The notes under the pieces: model-generated
What the model was told of the DNA's origin: nothing
Databases searched by the model: none
Seen by the model: only the letters and a program-made list of their open reading frames with translations
From: an uncultured delta proteobacterium
GTDB taxonomy: Bacteria; Desulfobacterota; Binatia; UBA9968
NCBI GenBank assembly: GCA_963840855.1
Contig: CAWJBB010000058.1
Coordinates: 32,001-96,000, forward strand
Direction of reading: 5' to 3'
Length of the DNA: 64,000 nucleotides
In this document: positions 30,059 to 38,934 of the stretch, piece after piece
Layout of the letters: every line of letters begins with the position of its first letter
How positions within the stretch are numbered: position 1 is the stretch's first letter
Program-made: the position numbers and the translations under genes

Positions 30059-30981
30059 ATGTTATATACACCAACCAGTTCCTGTTCGCTCTTGTTCGGT
30101 GGCTCGTACCACGCATTGGGGAAGCGACAACCTTATCGGTCGATTGCGACGGTGGAGAAAAGATCCAGCAAAAGATCGCGTTGGCGAAGCCGGGGGATAC
30201 GGTGTTAGTGAGCGGAACCTGTAGCGAAAACGTCGCAATTCCGTCCGAGGTCGTTAGAATTACTCTCGACGGTCAAGGGAAGGCGGTGATCCAAGCTCCT
30301 GGCACCACAGCTGACGCGATCTTTATCCGCGGCAAGGACATCACGGTTAAGGGGTTCACGCTCACTGGCGGGCGGGACGGCATTCATCTGTCCGGTGCCG
30401 CCGCGGGTGCTTCGGCCATCATTGACGGAAACACCATTCAGCGTACGGGAAGATACGGAATCCATTTGGATGGCGGGAGCATCGCTCGCATCGTCAACAA
30501 CAGGATCGAGAACATCCCGAACGTCGGAATAGACATTACGGAAAACTCTCATGCCCGGATCGGCTTTCTTTTACCCTCGCGACCCGAACCTGGTCCGAAT
30601 GCAATTCGGAACAATGGTAGTCATGGAATTGCAGTGTCGCGCGCTTCGAGTGCGTGGATCGCAAACAACACGATTGCCAACAACAAAGGCAGCGGCGTCT
30701 TTGTAAACCGGAACTCGCAAGCCGATGTCGTCGGGAACATCATCAATGGGAACGGTGAAGACGGAATCACCGTAAGTCACAACTCTGGGGTAAACCTCAG
30801 GAGCGAGGGAACATTGCTTCGTCAAGGCCCAAACCAGACCGATCCTGCAGCAAAGAATGCCGGTTTCGGAGTCAAGTGTTCAATTGGGGGTTATGTTGAA
30901 GGACCTCTAGGAACCCTTACCGGAACGCAGGGTGCGACGGAGTGTGACAATTCCTGTGTTAATCGCCTGAGCCTGTCTTGA
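30059..30981 (+). CDS. Cassette 5: right-handed parallel beta-helix protein; 5' end appears frameshifted
   Basis: Repeated GIxL/NxIxxN units; the frame stays open upstream of 30181 (TLSVDC), but the RBS-linked ATG at 30059 is out of frame. Confidence 0.7.
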
Positions 30982-31094
30982 TTTCTGCAATCTATTATAG
31001 CAGTGGTAACGGTCGCCCTAGCATTCGGTCGTACGTCCCACGCTCTGCCGCCACGCTTGTTAGCGCGTGGAATCTGTGGCGTTTGTGCGGTTTG

Positions 31095-31154
31095 GCCTAA
31101 CTATTGGGTTGAGAAGGCCCCGGCGGACCACGCCTCTCACCCAAAGCGTTAGCA
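31095..31154 (+). other. attC site
   Basis: gcctaac.attgggttgaga...tctcacccaa..gttagca. Confidence 0.8.
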
Positions 31155-31159
31155 CCATC

Positions 31160-31402
31160 AGGGGGGGTGCGCGTATTATGGCGAACGGTAACCTAGCTGA
31201 GGGAGCTATCCCGTCGTCGAGAGCTGAAGATGCACTGATTTCATTGGCAACCGTACACGGGATGGATTTCCTTTTGACGTGGAATTTCCGGCATATTAAC
31301 AACGCCGAGATGAAAGCACGTATCAGCACTATTATCGAGGCGTCAGGGTATGAGAGCCCCATTATTTGTTCACCCGAAGAGCTAGGAGGTGGTGAGCCAT
31401 GA
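31160..31402 (+). pseudogene. Cassette 6: C-terminal fragment of a PIN-domain toxin
   Basis: EDALISLATVHGMDFLLTWNFRHINNA...PIICSPEEL; homologous to 43664-44137, N-terminal half missing. Confidence 0.8.
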
Positions 31403-31572
31403 AACCAGATCCCATAGTGGATGAAGTTCGCAAGGTGAGAGAAGCCCACGCGGCGAAGTTCAACTACGATCTCCCAGCTATTTGTGCTGACCTGAAGAAG
31501 AAAGAAAAAGATTCCGGTCATCCGGTGGTGTCTCGTCGACCCAAGCTGCGGCTGAAGCCTACCGGAAGCTAA
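31399..31572 (+). CDS. Cassette 6: small partner/antitoxin-like protein (57 aa)
   Basis: MKPDPIVDEVRKVREAHAAKFNYDL...; homolog at 44139. Confidence 0.75.
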   Translation: MKPDPIVDEVRKVREAHAAKFNYDLPAICADLKKKEKDSGHPVVSRRPKLRLKPTGS

Positions 31573-31626
31573 CCATTGCGTTGACAAGGACGGTGAGGAA
31601 CGTGCCTCTCACCCAAAACGTTAGGC
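31567..31626 (+). other. attC site
   Basis: agctaac.cattgcgttgaca...ctctcacccaaaac.gttaggc; same family as 31095. Confidence 0.75.
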
Positions 31627-31821
31627 CCATTTGGTTGCTCAGTTTATGAATATCTTGATATCAGATATTTGAATAAATCAACCAATTGATTACTCAACCA
31701 AATGAAACGGAAAACACTGTTGACTAACCGGACAGGGCCACAAGTTCAAAGCCTTCAAAACGGAGTAATTCCAGTTAGTCAACAACGTTCCCCAATTCTA
31801 CTCCATGACAGGAGACGTATT

Positions 31822-32280
31822 ATGCACCGACTGACCGCGGCGATGTGCTGGTTGCTCCTCGGGACCGGGCTCGTGCTCGCCTTCGCGCAGCCGGCCGAGG
31901 ACGCCCAGAAGCAACTGCAAGGGACCTGGACGGCAACACAGGCGGCACGCGACGGTACAGCAGCCGATGACGTGGTCGGCCATCGGCTCTCCTTTGCCGG
32001 CAACCGCTTCCAGATCCAGTCCGAGAACGGCAAGCCCCTCTACGCGGGCACTGTCCGGGTGGACCCAAGCGCGCAGCCGGCGGCCATTGACTTCGAGCAT
32101 ACGGAAGGGGCTCTAACGGGGAAGGCGTGGCAGGGAATCTATGTCCTGGACGGCGACACGCTGACGGTGTGCGACAACGCCCCGAACCTGGACAAGGGCC
32201 GGCCCACCGCGTTCGAGGCAACGAGTGGGTCTGGGTATGTCCTCATCACGTTCAACCGCGCGAAGCCTGAACGGCAATAG
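31822..32280 (+). CDS. Cassette 7: exported TIGR03067-like domain protein
   Basis: Signal peptide; LQGTW, DPSAQPAAIDF, GIYVLDGDTLTVC, RPTAF. Confidence 0.8.
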   Translation: MHRLTAAMCWLLLGTGLVLAFAQPAEDAQKQLQGTWTATQAARDGTAADDVVGHRLSFAGNRFQIQSENGKPLYAGTVRVDPSAQPAAIDFEHTEGALTGKAWQGIYVLDGDTLTVCDNAPNLDKGRPTAFEATSGSGYVLITFNRAKPERQ

Positions 32281-32333
32281 CCTGGGTTGGCCTGCCGGAG
32301 GCCCGGCACCACCCTAAGCCGCGCAGCGGCTTA

Positions 32334-32435
32334 CTTGAACAAAGCAGTAGAGCGGACGGGCCACACGACAGGCTTTTTTCACATGCGGCGGATGTCGGTG
32401 GCGTGTGGCCTGCCGCTCAGCGGGAGTGTTTAGGC
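32334..32435 (+). other. Degenerate attC site
   Basis: gaac..agagcggacgggccacacg...cgtgtggcctgccgctc..gtttaggc. Confidence 0.7.
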
Positions 32436-32444
32436 AGCAGTGCG

Positions 32445-32842
32445 ATGAGGGCCTCTACTACGATCCAGCTTTCCGATCCAATGCCGTTCGCAGGCGCAAT
32501 GTGGAGCGCAGTTCCCAATGAGCCAGGCGTCTACGTAATTGCCGACGAAAAAGAAGTTGTCTACGTCGGAATGGCAGGGCGTAACGGCAAGGGGGGTATT
32601 AGAAACCGACTTCGCGATCACGCATCTGGCCAGATCGTCAACATGTTCGCGCAGTACCTTTTCCTCGCTCGAGTTCAGTTCCTTGGGGTGGAGCGAATTA
32701 CGCATCCACGAAATGCGAAGGCCGCGTGCCGTGAATACATAGCAGCGCGTTGCTCATTTCAGTAAAAGACCACAGCAAGCGCAGTAGAAGCGAGGGCGCT
32801 CGAGAACAGAAGGAAGAACTCCGGCCATCACTTAACCCATAG
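32445..32842 (+). pseudogene. Cassette 8: GIY-YIG nuclease, disrupted
   Basis: GVYVI...VVYVGMA..IRNRLRDH; TAA at 32763, then EELRPSLNP* in another frame. Confidence 0.7.
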
Positions 32843-32854
32843 GGAAGAAGTTGC

Positions 32855-32934
32855 CGCCAACGCGCGTTGTTGACCGACGCCTTCACCTCGCCGCTACGCG
32901 CTCAGCGCGGCGCGGAAAAATGCGAACGTTGGGC
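32855..32934 (+). other. attC site
   Basis: cgccaac...cgccgc..gcggcg...gttgggc. Confidence 0.7.
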
Positions 32935-33111
32935 GTCAAGACGGTGCGTCGTCCGCTTGCGACCAAAGCAGTAGCAGGGAAAATGAAACTCGGTTATTCA
33001 ATGCGGCTGGCGATGCGACACAAGCACCATCATTCCTTTGCGTCGTCCCGGGCCCATACACACCTCGGCGAAACCTCAAACCGGGCCGATGCGCTACCTT
33101 GTATCGCCCGC

Positions 33112-34233
33112 ATGCGGTGGATCAAGAGTCCGGCCTGGGACCTCGTTTGGGTCCTGAATACGGTGTGGTTGGCTCCCCTGGTCTTTCTGCTGGGGTTGGA
33201 TCATGACGACGTTCGCGCCAGTCCAGTGGACTGGCTGTTCTTCGTCCTCGCAGTGCCTCTGTGGTTCGGCCATCGCGTGTCGTCGGCTTGGCTGGCCTAC
33301 GCCACGCCTGCCTACCGCCCCCTGCTCGCGACGCAGCGGCTGCGCTTCGTAGTAGCCCCGTTGGCAATCGCCGTCGCCTGCTTCGCCGTGCTGCTCGCGC
33401 CCGAGAGCGTGCTACCGATGCCGCTGACCGAGCGCGTGGTCTGCCTCGCTGTCCTGGACTATCTTCTGGTGAGCCACCATTTCGCCACACAGCACTTCGG
33501 GCTGCTCAGCCTGTACCGCGCGCGAGCGGGACGATCCTCGGACGCGAACGCGCGACGGCTCGATCGGTGGTTCGCGCTCGTCGTGGGCGGCGGGTTCGTC
33601 GTGCTTGCAAACGCCCTCGCGGGATCGATCGCCTTCCAGGATCGCTGGATCGACCCGCTGCTTGGAGAAGCGCTGTCCGACACGGTCGCGCGGACGCTGC
33701 GCGATGGCAGCATGGTCGTTGTCGTCACGATCACCGCTCTGATGCTGCGCGTTGAGCTACGCTCGCAGCGCCCATCGCCGCCGCGCGTTGCTTACGTCGT
33801 TGGCGTCTCGGCCATCGTGCTCTTCGGCTTCCTCAATCCCTTCCTGTTCCTCGTGCTTTGGAGCGTGCAGCATTGGAGCGCCGCGATGGGACTCGCCTCG
33901 CTGGCGGCTTCCGGCGGGGCCCAGGCAACTGGCGCGCACTGGCAGCGGCTGCTCGCGCCCATCAACCGGCGCGGCTGGGCAGTTCTGCTCGTGCTCGCCG
34001 TCGTCTCCACCTTACTGTTGCCGGTGTTGGAGGTGGAGGCGGTGACCGACGAATACGCGTACGCCGATCGCATTTTCGGCGAAGCAGCGCTATGGCTGCG
34101 TTCCTCATCCTTCGTTCCGGCGCTGCTGGCACTGGGTTTCGCGACCAGCTTCATTCACTACGTCCTGGATCGCGCTGCCTTCCGCTTCTCCTCACCCGAC
34201 GTGAGGCAGGCCGCCCGCGGCCTGCTGAAGTGA
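33112..34233 (+). CDS. Cassette 9: multi-pass membrane protein with spaced His motifs
   Basis: About 10 TM segments; GHRVSS, HHFATQHFG, QHW, HYVLDR; the downstream attC is reduced to GTTAGAG at 34251. Confidence 0.7.
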   Translation: MRWIKSPAWDLVWVLNTVWLAPLVFLLGLDHDDVRASPVDWLFFVLAVPLWFGHRVSSAWLAYATPAYRPLLATQRLRFVVAPLAIAVACFAVLLAPESVLPMPLTERVVCLAVLDYLLVSHHFATQHFGLLSLYRARAGRSSDANARRLDRWFALVVGGGFVVLANALAGSIAFQDRWIDPLLGEALSDTVARTLRDGSMVVVVTITALMLRVELRSQRPSPPRVAYVVGVSAIVLFGFLNPFLFLVLWSVQHWSAAMGLASLAASGGAQATGAHWQRLLAPINRRGWAVLLVLAVVSTLLLPVLEVEAVTDEYAYADRIFGEAALWLRSSSFVPALLALGFATSFIHYVLDRAAFRFSSPDVRQAARGLLK

Positions 34234-34276
34234 AGACCTTTTCCCCAATCGTTAGAGCGCTCGACGGTCAACGGAC

Positions 34277-34660
34277 ATGGACAAACCGCAATCGGCTTCC
34301 GTCGCAACATTGAAGGCAATCGTCGATGCGTTCAACGCGCACGACCTCGATGCCATCATGGAATTCTTTGCCGACGACTGCTCGTTGGACATGCCTCGTG
34401 GACCGGAGCCCTGGGGTAAACGCTTCACGGGCAAAGCGGCCGCACGAGAAGGGTTGGCTATGCGCTTCAAAGGTCTTCCGGACGTTCACTACGGAGACGA
34501 CCGGCACTGGGTCAGCGGAAACATGGGCGTGTCCGAGTGGTCGCTGACAGGCACGACGCCCGACGGAGTCCGAATTCATGTACGCGGATGCGATCACTGG
34601 GAATTCCGGGACGGCAGGGTAATTAGGAAGGACTCGTACTGGAAGATCGTCGATAAATAG
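34277..34660 (+). CDS. Cassette 10: SnoaL/NTF2-like protein
   Basis: AFNAHDLDAIMEFFADD, GCDHWEFRDG..RKDSYWK. Confidence 0.88.
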   Translation: MDKPQSASVATLKAIVDAFNAHDLDAIMEFFADDCSLDMPRGPEPWGKRFTGKAAAREGLAMRFKGLPDVHYGDDRHWVSGNMGVSEWSLTGTTPDGVRIHVRGCDHWEFRDGRVIRKDSYWKIVDK

Positions 34661-34673
34661 GCATGAGGCAGCG

Positions 34674-34763
34674 CTCTAACATGGCGGTGTTGGCGGACGC
34701 GGCGACCAGCGCTCTGCTTCATTTGCCGTCCACCTCGCCGCGCCGCAAACCCCCACGTTAGGT
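34674..34763 (+). other. attC site
   Basis: gcgctctaac mirrors gttagagcgc at 34251; gcggacgcggcga..tcgccgcgccgc; ends gttaggt. Confidence 0.85.
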
Positions 34764-34796
34764 TACAGAGTGCCATCGTCCGAAAGAGGAGGACTC

Positions 34797-35410
34797 ATGA
34801 ATGGGCGAGAGTTTCCGAAGAGTGCTGGGTCCTATACACGGCGGTGATTCTTGCGCTCTATGGCAGCCCCAGTGACGCAGCAGAACCCCAGCCAGTTACC
34901 ATGTTAGTCACCTACCATTCGGCTTCCGGCAACACCGAGAAAATGGCCCAGGCAGTGGCCGAGGGGGCGAAGGCCGTTTCAGGAACGAGCGTCGTTCTAA
35001 AGCGGGTCGGTGAAGTGATAGGCGACGACCTCTCGTCCGCCGATGCGGTCATCGTCGGTTCGCCGGTGTATGTCGGCAACATGTCGGGGGAGGTGAAGAC
35101 ATTCTTTGACAACTGGGGCGGGCGCAAGTTCGGTCTCGGAACTGGAACCGGTAAGATGCGCAACAAGCTCGGAGCGGCGTTTGCGACTGGCGGGGGATTC
35201 TCCAGCGGTAAGGAAGTCACTATGCTTACCATCCTCGGGGCCATGCTCATCCACCAGATGATTGTCATCAGCGGCGGAGGATTCGGTGCGAGCGCGAGCA
35301 CCGGCCCTGACTCGCCGGGCATCGACGCGAAGGAGATCGCAGAGGCGCGCGAGCTGGGCCAGCGCGTTGCGGAGGTCGCCGCGCTTGTCAAACAGGGAGC
35401 AACCAAGTAA
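34797..35410 (+). CDS. Cassette 11: flavodoxin/WrbA-like protein; signal-peptide region appears frameshifted
   Basis: YHSASGNTEKMA, GSPVYVG, GAAFATGG; the RBS-linked ATG at 34797 is out of frame with the 34844 ORF. Confidence 0.75.
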
Positions 35411-35473
35411 CGCTGGTGCGAGCGGTAATTCGGAGCCACGCTCTGATGATCGGGGTCTACACTCAGTCAAGTC

Positions 35474-35555
35474 ACCTAACCATCCGGCTTGAGACAGATC
35501 TTCGGACCCGCTCACGAGGCTCGCGGGCCGTGCCTGCTCAGCCTTGGCGTTTCGG
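35474..35555 (+). other. attC site, same family as 26773
   Basis: acctaaccatccggcttgagacagatc..ggacccgctc...gctcagccttggcgtttcgg. Confidence 0.8.
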
Positions 35556-35779
35556 TGGAGACCTGAACGAGTCGAGTGATTGATGATCGTCCCAGGCGGC
35601 ACGCGGATTCGTGCTGGCCTTACATGGGCGCGCTCCAATCGATGGATGCCAGCCCCGACTCCAGGCAAAATGATTGAGCTGCGGCGCCGTATGCGGCAAA
35701 CTGAAGGTGCTCGCCGGCAGCACCGCAATCGTCCGAGCCAAAATTTCGTGAGGCGCGTTGCAATTGGAGGAACGCAAGT

Positions 35780-36316
35780 ATGGTAACCACGCAAAAGCTC
35801 CCTAGCCGTCTGCATCATACCGCCTATACCACCAAGGACATGGAGAAGACCCGTGAGTTCTACGAAGAGGTGATTGGGCTACCTCTGGTGGCGACCTGGA
35901 GCGAATCCGACGAGCTGTTCGGGAAGGTGCGCACGTATTGTCACTGCTTCTTTGGCCTTGCGGATGGCGGCGCGCTGGCGTTCTTCCAGTTCGCCGATAA
36001 GGATGACGAGAGGACGTTTAGCCCGCCGATCGCGGAGACGCCCTTTCATCACATCGCGCTCAAGGTTGATAAAATGACACAAGAGGAAATCGAGAAGCGC
36101 ATCAAGGCGGCGGGCTATAAGGAGCCCGACACCTTTGTGCTGGAGCACGGTTATTGCCGCTCGGTCTATATCAAAGACCCCAACGGTATGCTCCTCGAAT
36201 TCACGCTCGATGCTCCCAACGCCGATCAGATCGCCAAGGATCGCAAGGCGGATGCGCAAGCGACCCTCAAGCGTTGGCTCAGGGGCGACCGCACGTCGAA
36301 CAACAGGTATCGGTAG
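35780..36316 (+). CDS. Cassette 12: VOC/glyoxalase family protein
   Basis: LHHTAY, FYEEVIGL, HHIAL, SVYIKDPNGMLLEF. Confidence 0.9.
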   Translation: MVTTQKLPSRLHHTAYTTKDMEKTREFYEEVIGLPLVATWSESDELFGKVRTYCHCFFGLADGGALAFFQFADKDDERTFSPPIAETPFHHIALKVDKMTQEEIEKRIKAAGYKEPDTFVLEHGYCRSVYIKDPNGMLLEFTLDAPNADQIAKDRKADAQATLKRWLRGDRTSNNRYR

Positions 36317-36362
36317 AGCGCTTCTTGTGCGATTCGTCGAGGAATCAGTTCCTATACGAACC

Positions 36363-36391
36363 GCCGAACACTGCAGCGCTGGCGTTAGGGC
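36363..36391 (+). other. Internally deleted attC remnant
   Basis: gccgaac and gttagggc separated by only 14 bp. Confidence 0.6.
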
Positions 36392-36424
36392 AACGAACCG
36401 CCGTTGCGGAAAGGAGACTAAAGG

Positions 36425-37036
36425 ATGAAGGTCCTTATCGTCTATTACAGTACCTACGGCCACGTCTACCGTATGGCTACCCTTGTTGCCGAAGGGGTTA
36501 AAGAGATTCCGGGCGTCCAGCCAGCGGTCCGCACCGTGCCCGAACTCATACCGAAGTCCGTGATCGATTCTCGGGAGAACATGAAGGCCGGAAGGGAGAT
36601 GCAACAGGACGTGCCTTTCGTCACAATGGATGATTTCCGCGAAGCGGGTGCCATTGCTTTCGGTACTCCGACTCGTTTCGGAAACGTATCGGCACAGCTC
36701 AAGAACCAAATCGACCAGCTGACGTCACTCTGGCTCAAGGGAGAACTGGAAGGCAAGCCAGCCGGTGTCTTTGTTTCCACCGCCAGCCTGCACGGCGGAC
36801 AGGAAACCACGATTCTGACGCTAATGGCGCCACTGCTCCACCTGGGGATGATTCTCGTCGGTGTCCCGTATTCCACTCCGGAACTGTTCACGACGCAGGG
36901 TGGCGGCTCGCCATACGGTCCGGGGCACGTCGCGGGAGATGATAACAAGCGCCAAATCGACGAGCAGGAAGCCGCGATCTGCCGCGCTCTTGGCCGCCGT
37001 CTGGCAGTAGTGGGTCTGAAGCTGCAACAAACCTAA
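36425..37036 (+). CDS. wrbA: Cassette 13: NAD(P)H:quinone oxidoreductase WrbA
   Basis: YYSTYGHV, FGTPTRFGN, STASLHGGQETT, GGSPYG. Confidence 0.92.
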   Translation: MKVLIVYYSTYGHVYRMATLVAEGVKEIPGVQPAVRTVPELIPKSVIDSRENMKAGREMQQDVPFVTMDDFREAGAIAFGTPTRFGNVSAQLKNQIDQLTSLWLKGELEGKPAGVFVSTASLHGGQETTILTLMAPLLHLGMILVGVPYSTPELFTTQGGGSPYGPGHVAGDDNKRQIDEQEAAICRALGRRLAVVGLKLQQT

Positions 37037-37054
37037 CGGACAAAACGAGTCGTT

Positions 37055-37110
37055 GCCTAACCATTAAGGATTGAGACGACTTTTGAAGTCGTTTCAATCC
37101 AGTGTTCAAG
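37055..37110 (+). other. Terminal attC site
   Basis: gcctaac..ggattgagacgactt/aagtcgtttcaatcc..gttcaag; tcgttgcctaac mirrors gttagggcaacga. Confidence 0.7.
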
Positions 37111-37404
37111 AAGCCCGTGATTGTGGCAGAGGCTATCGAGCTGGAGATCACGCTCGTCCCTTAGTTTCAACCGCCGAATTACGATTAAAACCGTCTCCTC
37201 GATCTCCCAACCCTCCACGGGGTTCGAGAAAAAATGGAAGTGGCGTCACCGTGAATAGGGGTCGAATCGTGAAGGACAGAAGACTAGCCTTACAGCACAA
37301 TCATTCGTTCGCTACCCCGCCCTCAAACGTTTACCAACTACGGTTTGTGCAAATAAGTACGGTTGTGGTACTAGCACCGGAGAACCAGCGAAAGGCCTCC
37401 GGCG

Positions 37405-38421
37405 ATGAATTTTTTCATTCGCGCTTTTTTTGTCTGCCGTATCTTCGCGCTCTTAGCGGGAGGCGTTGATACCGCATACGGCGCGGGACCGCTTTTGATC
37501 GCCTACGGCGGCCACAACGAAACCATGGCGCCGATCTGGGTAGGCATTGAAAAAGGCCTGTTCCGAAGACATGGCGTCGACCCCAGAGCGCTGCAGACAC
37601 GCAGCGGTCCGATCATGATGGCGACGTTGGCCTCCGGTGGCGCGGCGCTTGTCTGGGCGGCGCCAGGGAGTGCCATCAGCACCTCGACCGGCGGCATGAA
37701 GCTCACCTGTTTTGCCGCCGGCAACAATGCCATGCCGCGTGAGTTGATCGTCAGAAAAGGTATCGAATCCATCGAGGATCTTCGCGGCAAGACTTTCGGC
37801 GTGCAGAGCATCGGCGGCGGTTTTTGGCTGTCGACTATGGTTGCCCTCGACGCCCTCGGCCTCGATCCCGAAAAGTATAAGCTCAGCATGCGCGTCATCG
37901 GTGACACCACCACCGTGACCCAGGCGTTGATCTCCGGAAACGTCGATGCGGCTGTCGTCCCTTATAGTTTCGCCGACATTGCCAAAAGAGCGGGAGCCCG
38001 CGCGTTGGCAGACGCCGGAGCCTCGAAGGTCGTGTATCAGGGAACGGTGTTCTGCGCTCGCAAGGATTCCAACGCCGTAAGTACCGAGCTGATGAACGAC
38101 CTAACCAAGGGGCTGGTCGAATCATTGGTCTACATTCTGGACCCGGCGCGTAAACGCGACGTGATGGAGGTTCTGAAAAAGCATCTCCGGCTGAGCAAAG
38201 AAGAAGACGCTGAATCATCGTACAACGTCACGCGCTTGCAGATGCCAAACCTGGACATTGCCCCAAACCTGGACGCCTGGAAAACCTACCGGCGCATTAT
38301 CGCGCGGATAAATCCAAAGGTGCAGGAAGCGGATCTGGAGCAGATCATTACCCCCAGTGTGGCAAAGAGCCTGGAAGCGAGCGGTTTCTTGGCCGAGATG
38401 CGAAAAAAGCTACCGCGATAA
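37405..38421 (+). CDS. ABC substrate-binding protein, NMT1/SsuA-like
   Basis: EKGLFRRHGV, DLRGKTFGV, ALISGNVDAA. Confidence 0.85.
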   Translation: MNFFIRAFFVCRIFALLAGGVDTAYGAGPLLIAYGGHNETMAPIWVGIEKGLFRRHGVDPRALQTRSGPIMMATLASGGAALVWAAPGSAISTSTGGMKLTCFAAGNNAMPRELIVRKGIESIEDLRGKTFGVQSIGGGFWLSTMVALDALGLDPEKYKLSMRVIGDTTTVTQALISGNVDAAVVPYSFADIAKRAGARALADAGASKVVYQGTVFCARKDSNAVSTELMNDLTKGLVESLVYILDPARKRDVMEVLKKHLRLSKEEDAESSYNVTRLQMPNLDIAPNLDAWKTYRRIIARINPKVQEADLEQIITPSVAKSLEASGFLAEMRKKLPR

Positions 38422-38457
38422 TTTGCGACCTTCCGGGGTTTGTTGTGAAAGAGTATT

Positions 38458-38757
38458 CACCAGAGAGAGCTAACGCGGCAGAGCCGCAACCAAAACTAGG
38501 AATATCTCGCGCAAAGACGCCAAGGCCGCGAAGGTCGGAGAAAAATGGTGAAGATCGTTTGTAAGATTATCAATCTTTCCCTTCCGAACTTGGCGTGCTC
38601 TGCGCCTTGGCGCGAGTCAATCCCCGCATTCGAGTATTTCAGGTTACCGGAAAAATTTGCGCGAGCCGCGAAAACTCTTAAACATAGTAGTACAGAGGGT
38701 TCGTTCACGATGATATCTTCATTGATTTTCTCCGCGCCCTCAGCGCCTCCGCGGTTA
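38458..38757. repeat. Nested REP-like palindromes
   Basis: tctcgcgcaaagacgccaag / cttggcgtgctctgcgccttggcgcgag, inside aacgcggcagagccgc / gcgccctcagcgcctccgcggtt. Confidence 0.65.
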
Positions 38758-38934
38758 GCCACACGGAGGCCCAAAGACCCTTTGACCGATTTCACGGAAC
38801 GTACCCACCCAATTTCAACGAAGGGACCCACCTGATTTCAAGGAAGGGACCCACCCAATTTCAGGTGGTCCCCTTCGTTTCTGAGCGAGCCGACGAACGA
38901 TGCTACCTTGGCCAACTGGAGGAGGATCCAGTTA

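Larger units (their letters stand above)
26023..37110 (+). mobile_element. Integron cassette array without integrase (CALIN), about 13 cassettes
   Basis: Co-oriented genes separated by AAC...GTT-bounded imperfect palindromes; each cassette's start is complementary to its own end. Confidence 0.9.

Noticed and set aside
32763-32765. Recoded stop in the GIY-YIG cassette
   Set aside because: The codon is TAA and a second frameshift follows, so decay is the simpler explanation.
26773-37110. Spaced palindromes read as CRISPR repeats or simple terminators
   Set aside because: Variable in length and sequence, separated by whole genes, bounded by AAC/GTT and without U-tracts; they fit attC. No cas genes.
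38783-38880. Tandem ~22-bp repeats resembling a CRISPR or iteron array
   Set aside because: No spacers; they are the reiterated transposase-binding sites of the IS21 end and are mirrored at the other end.
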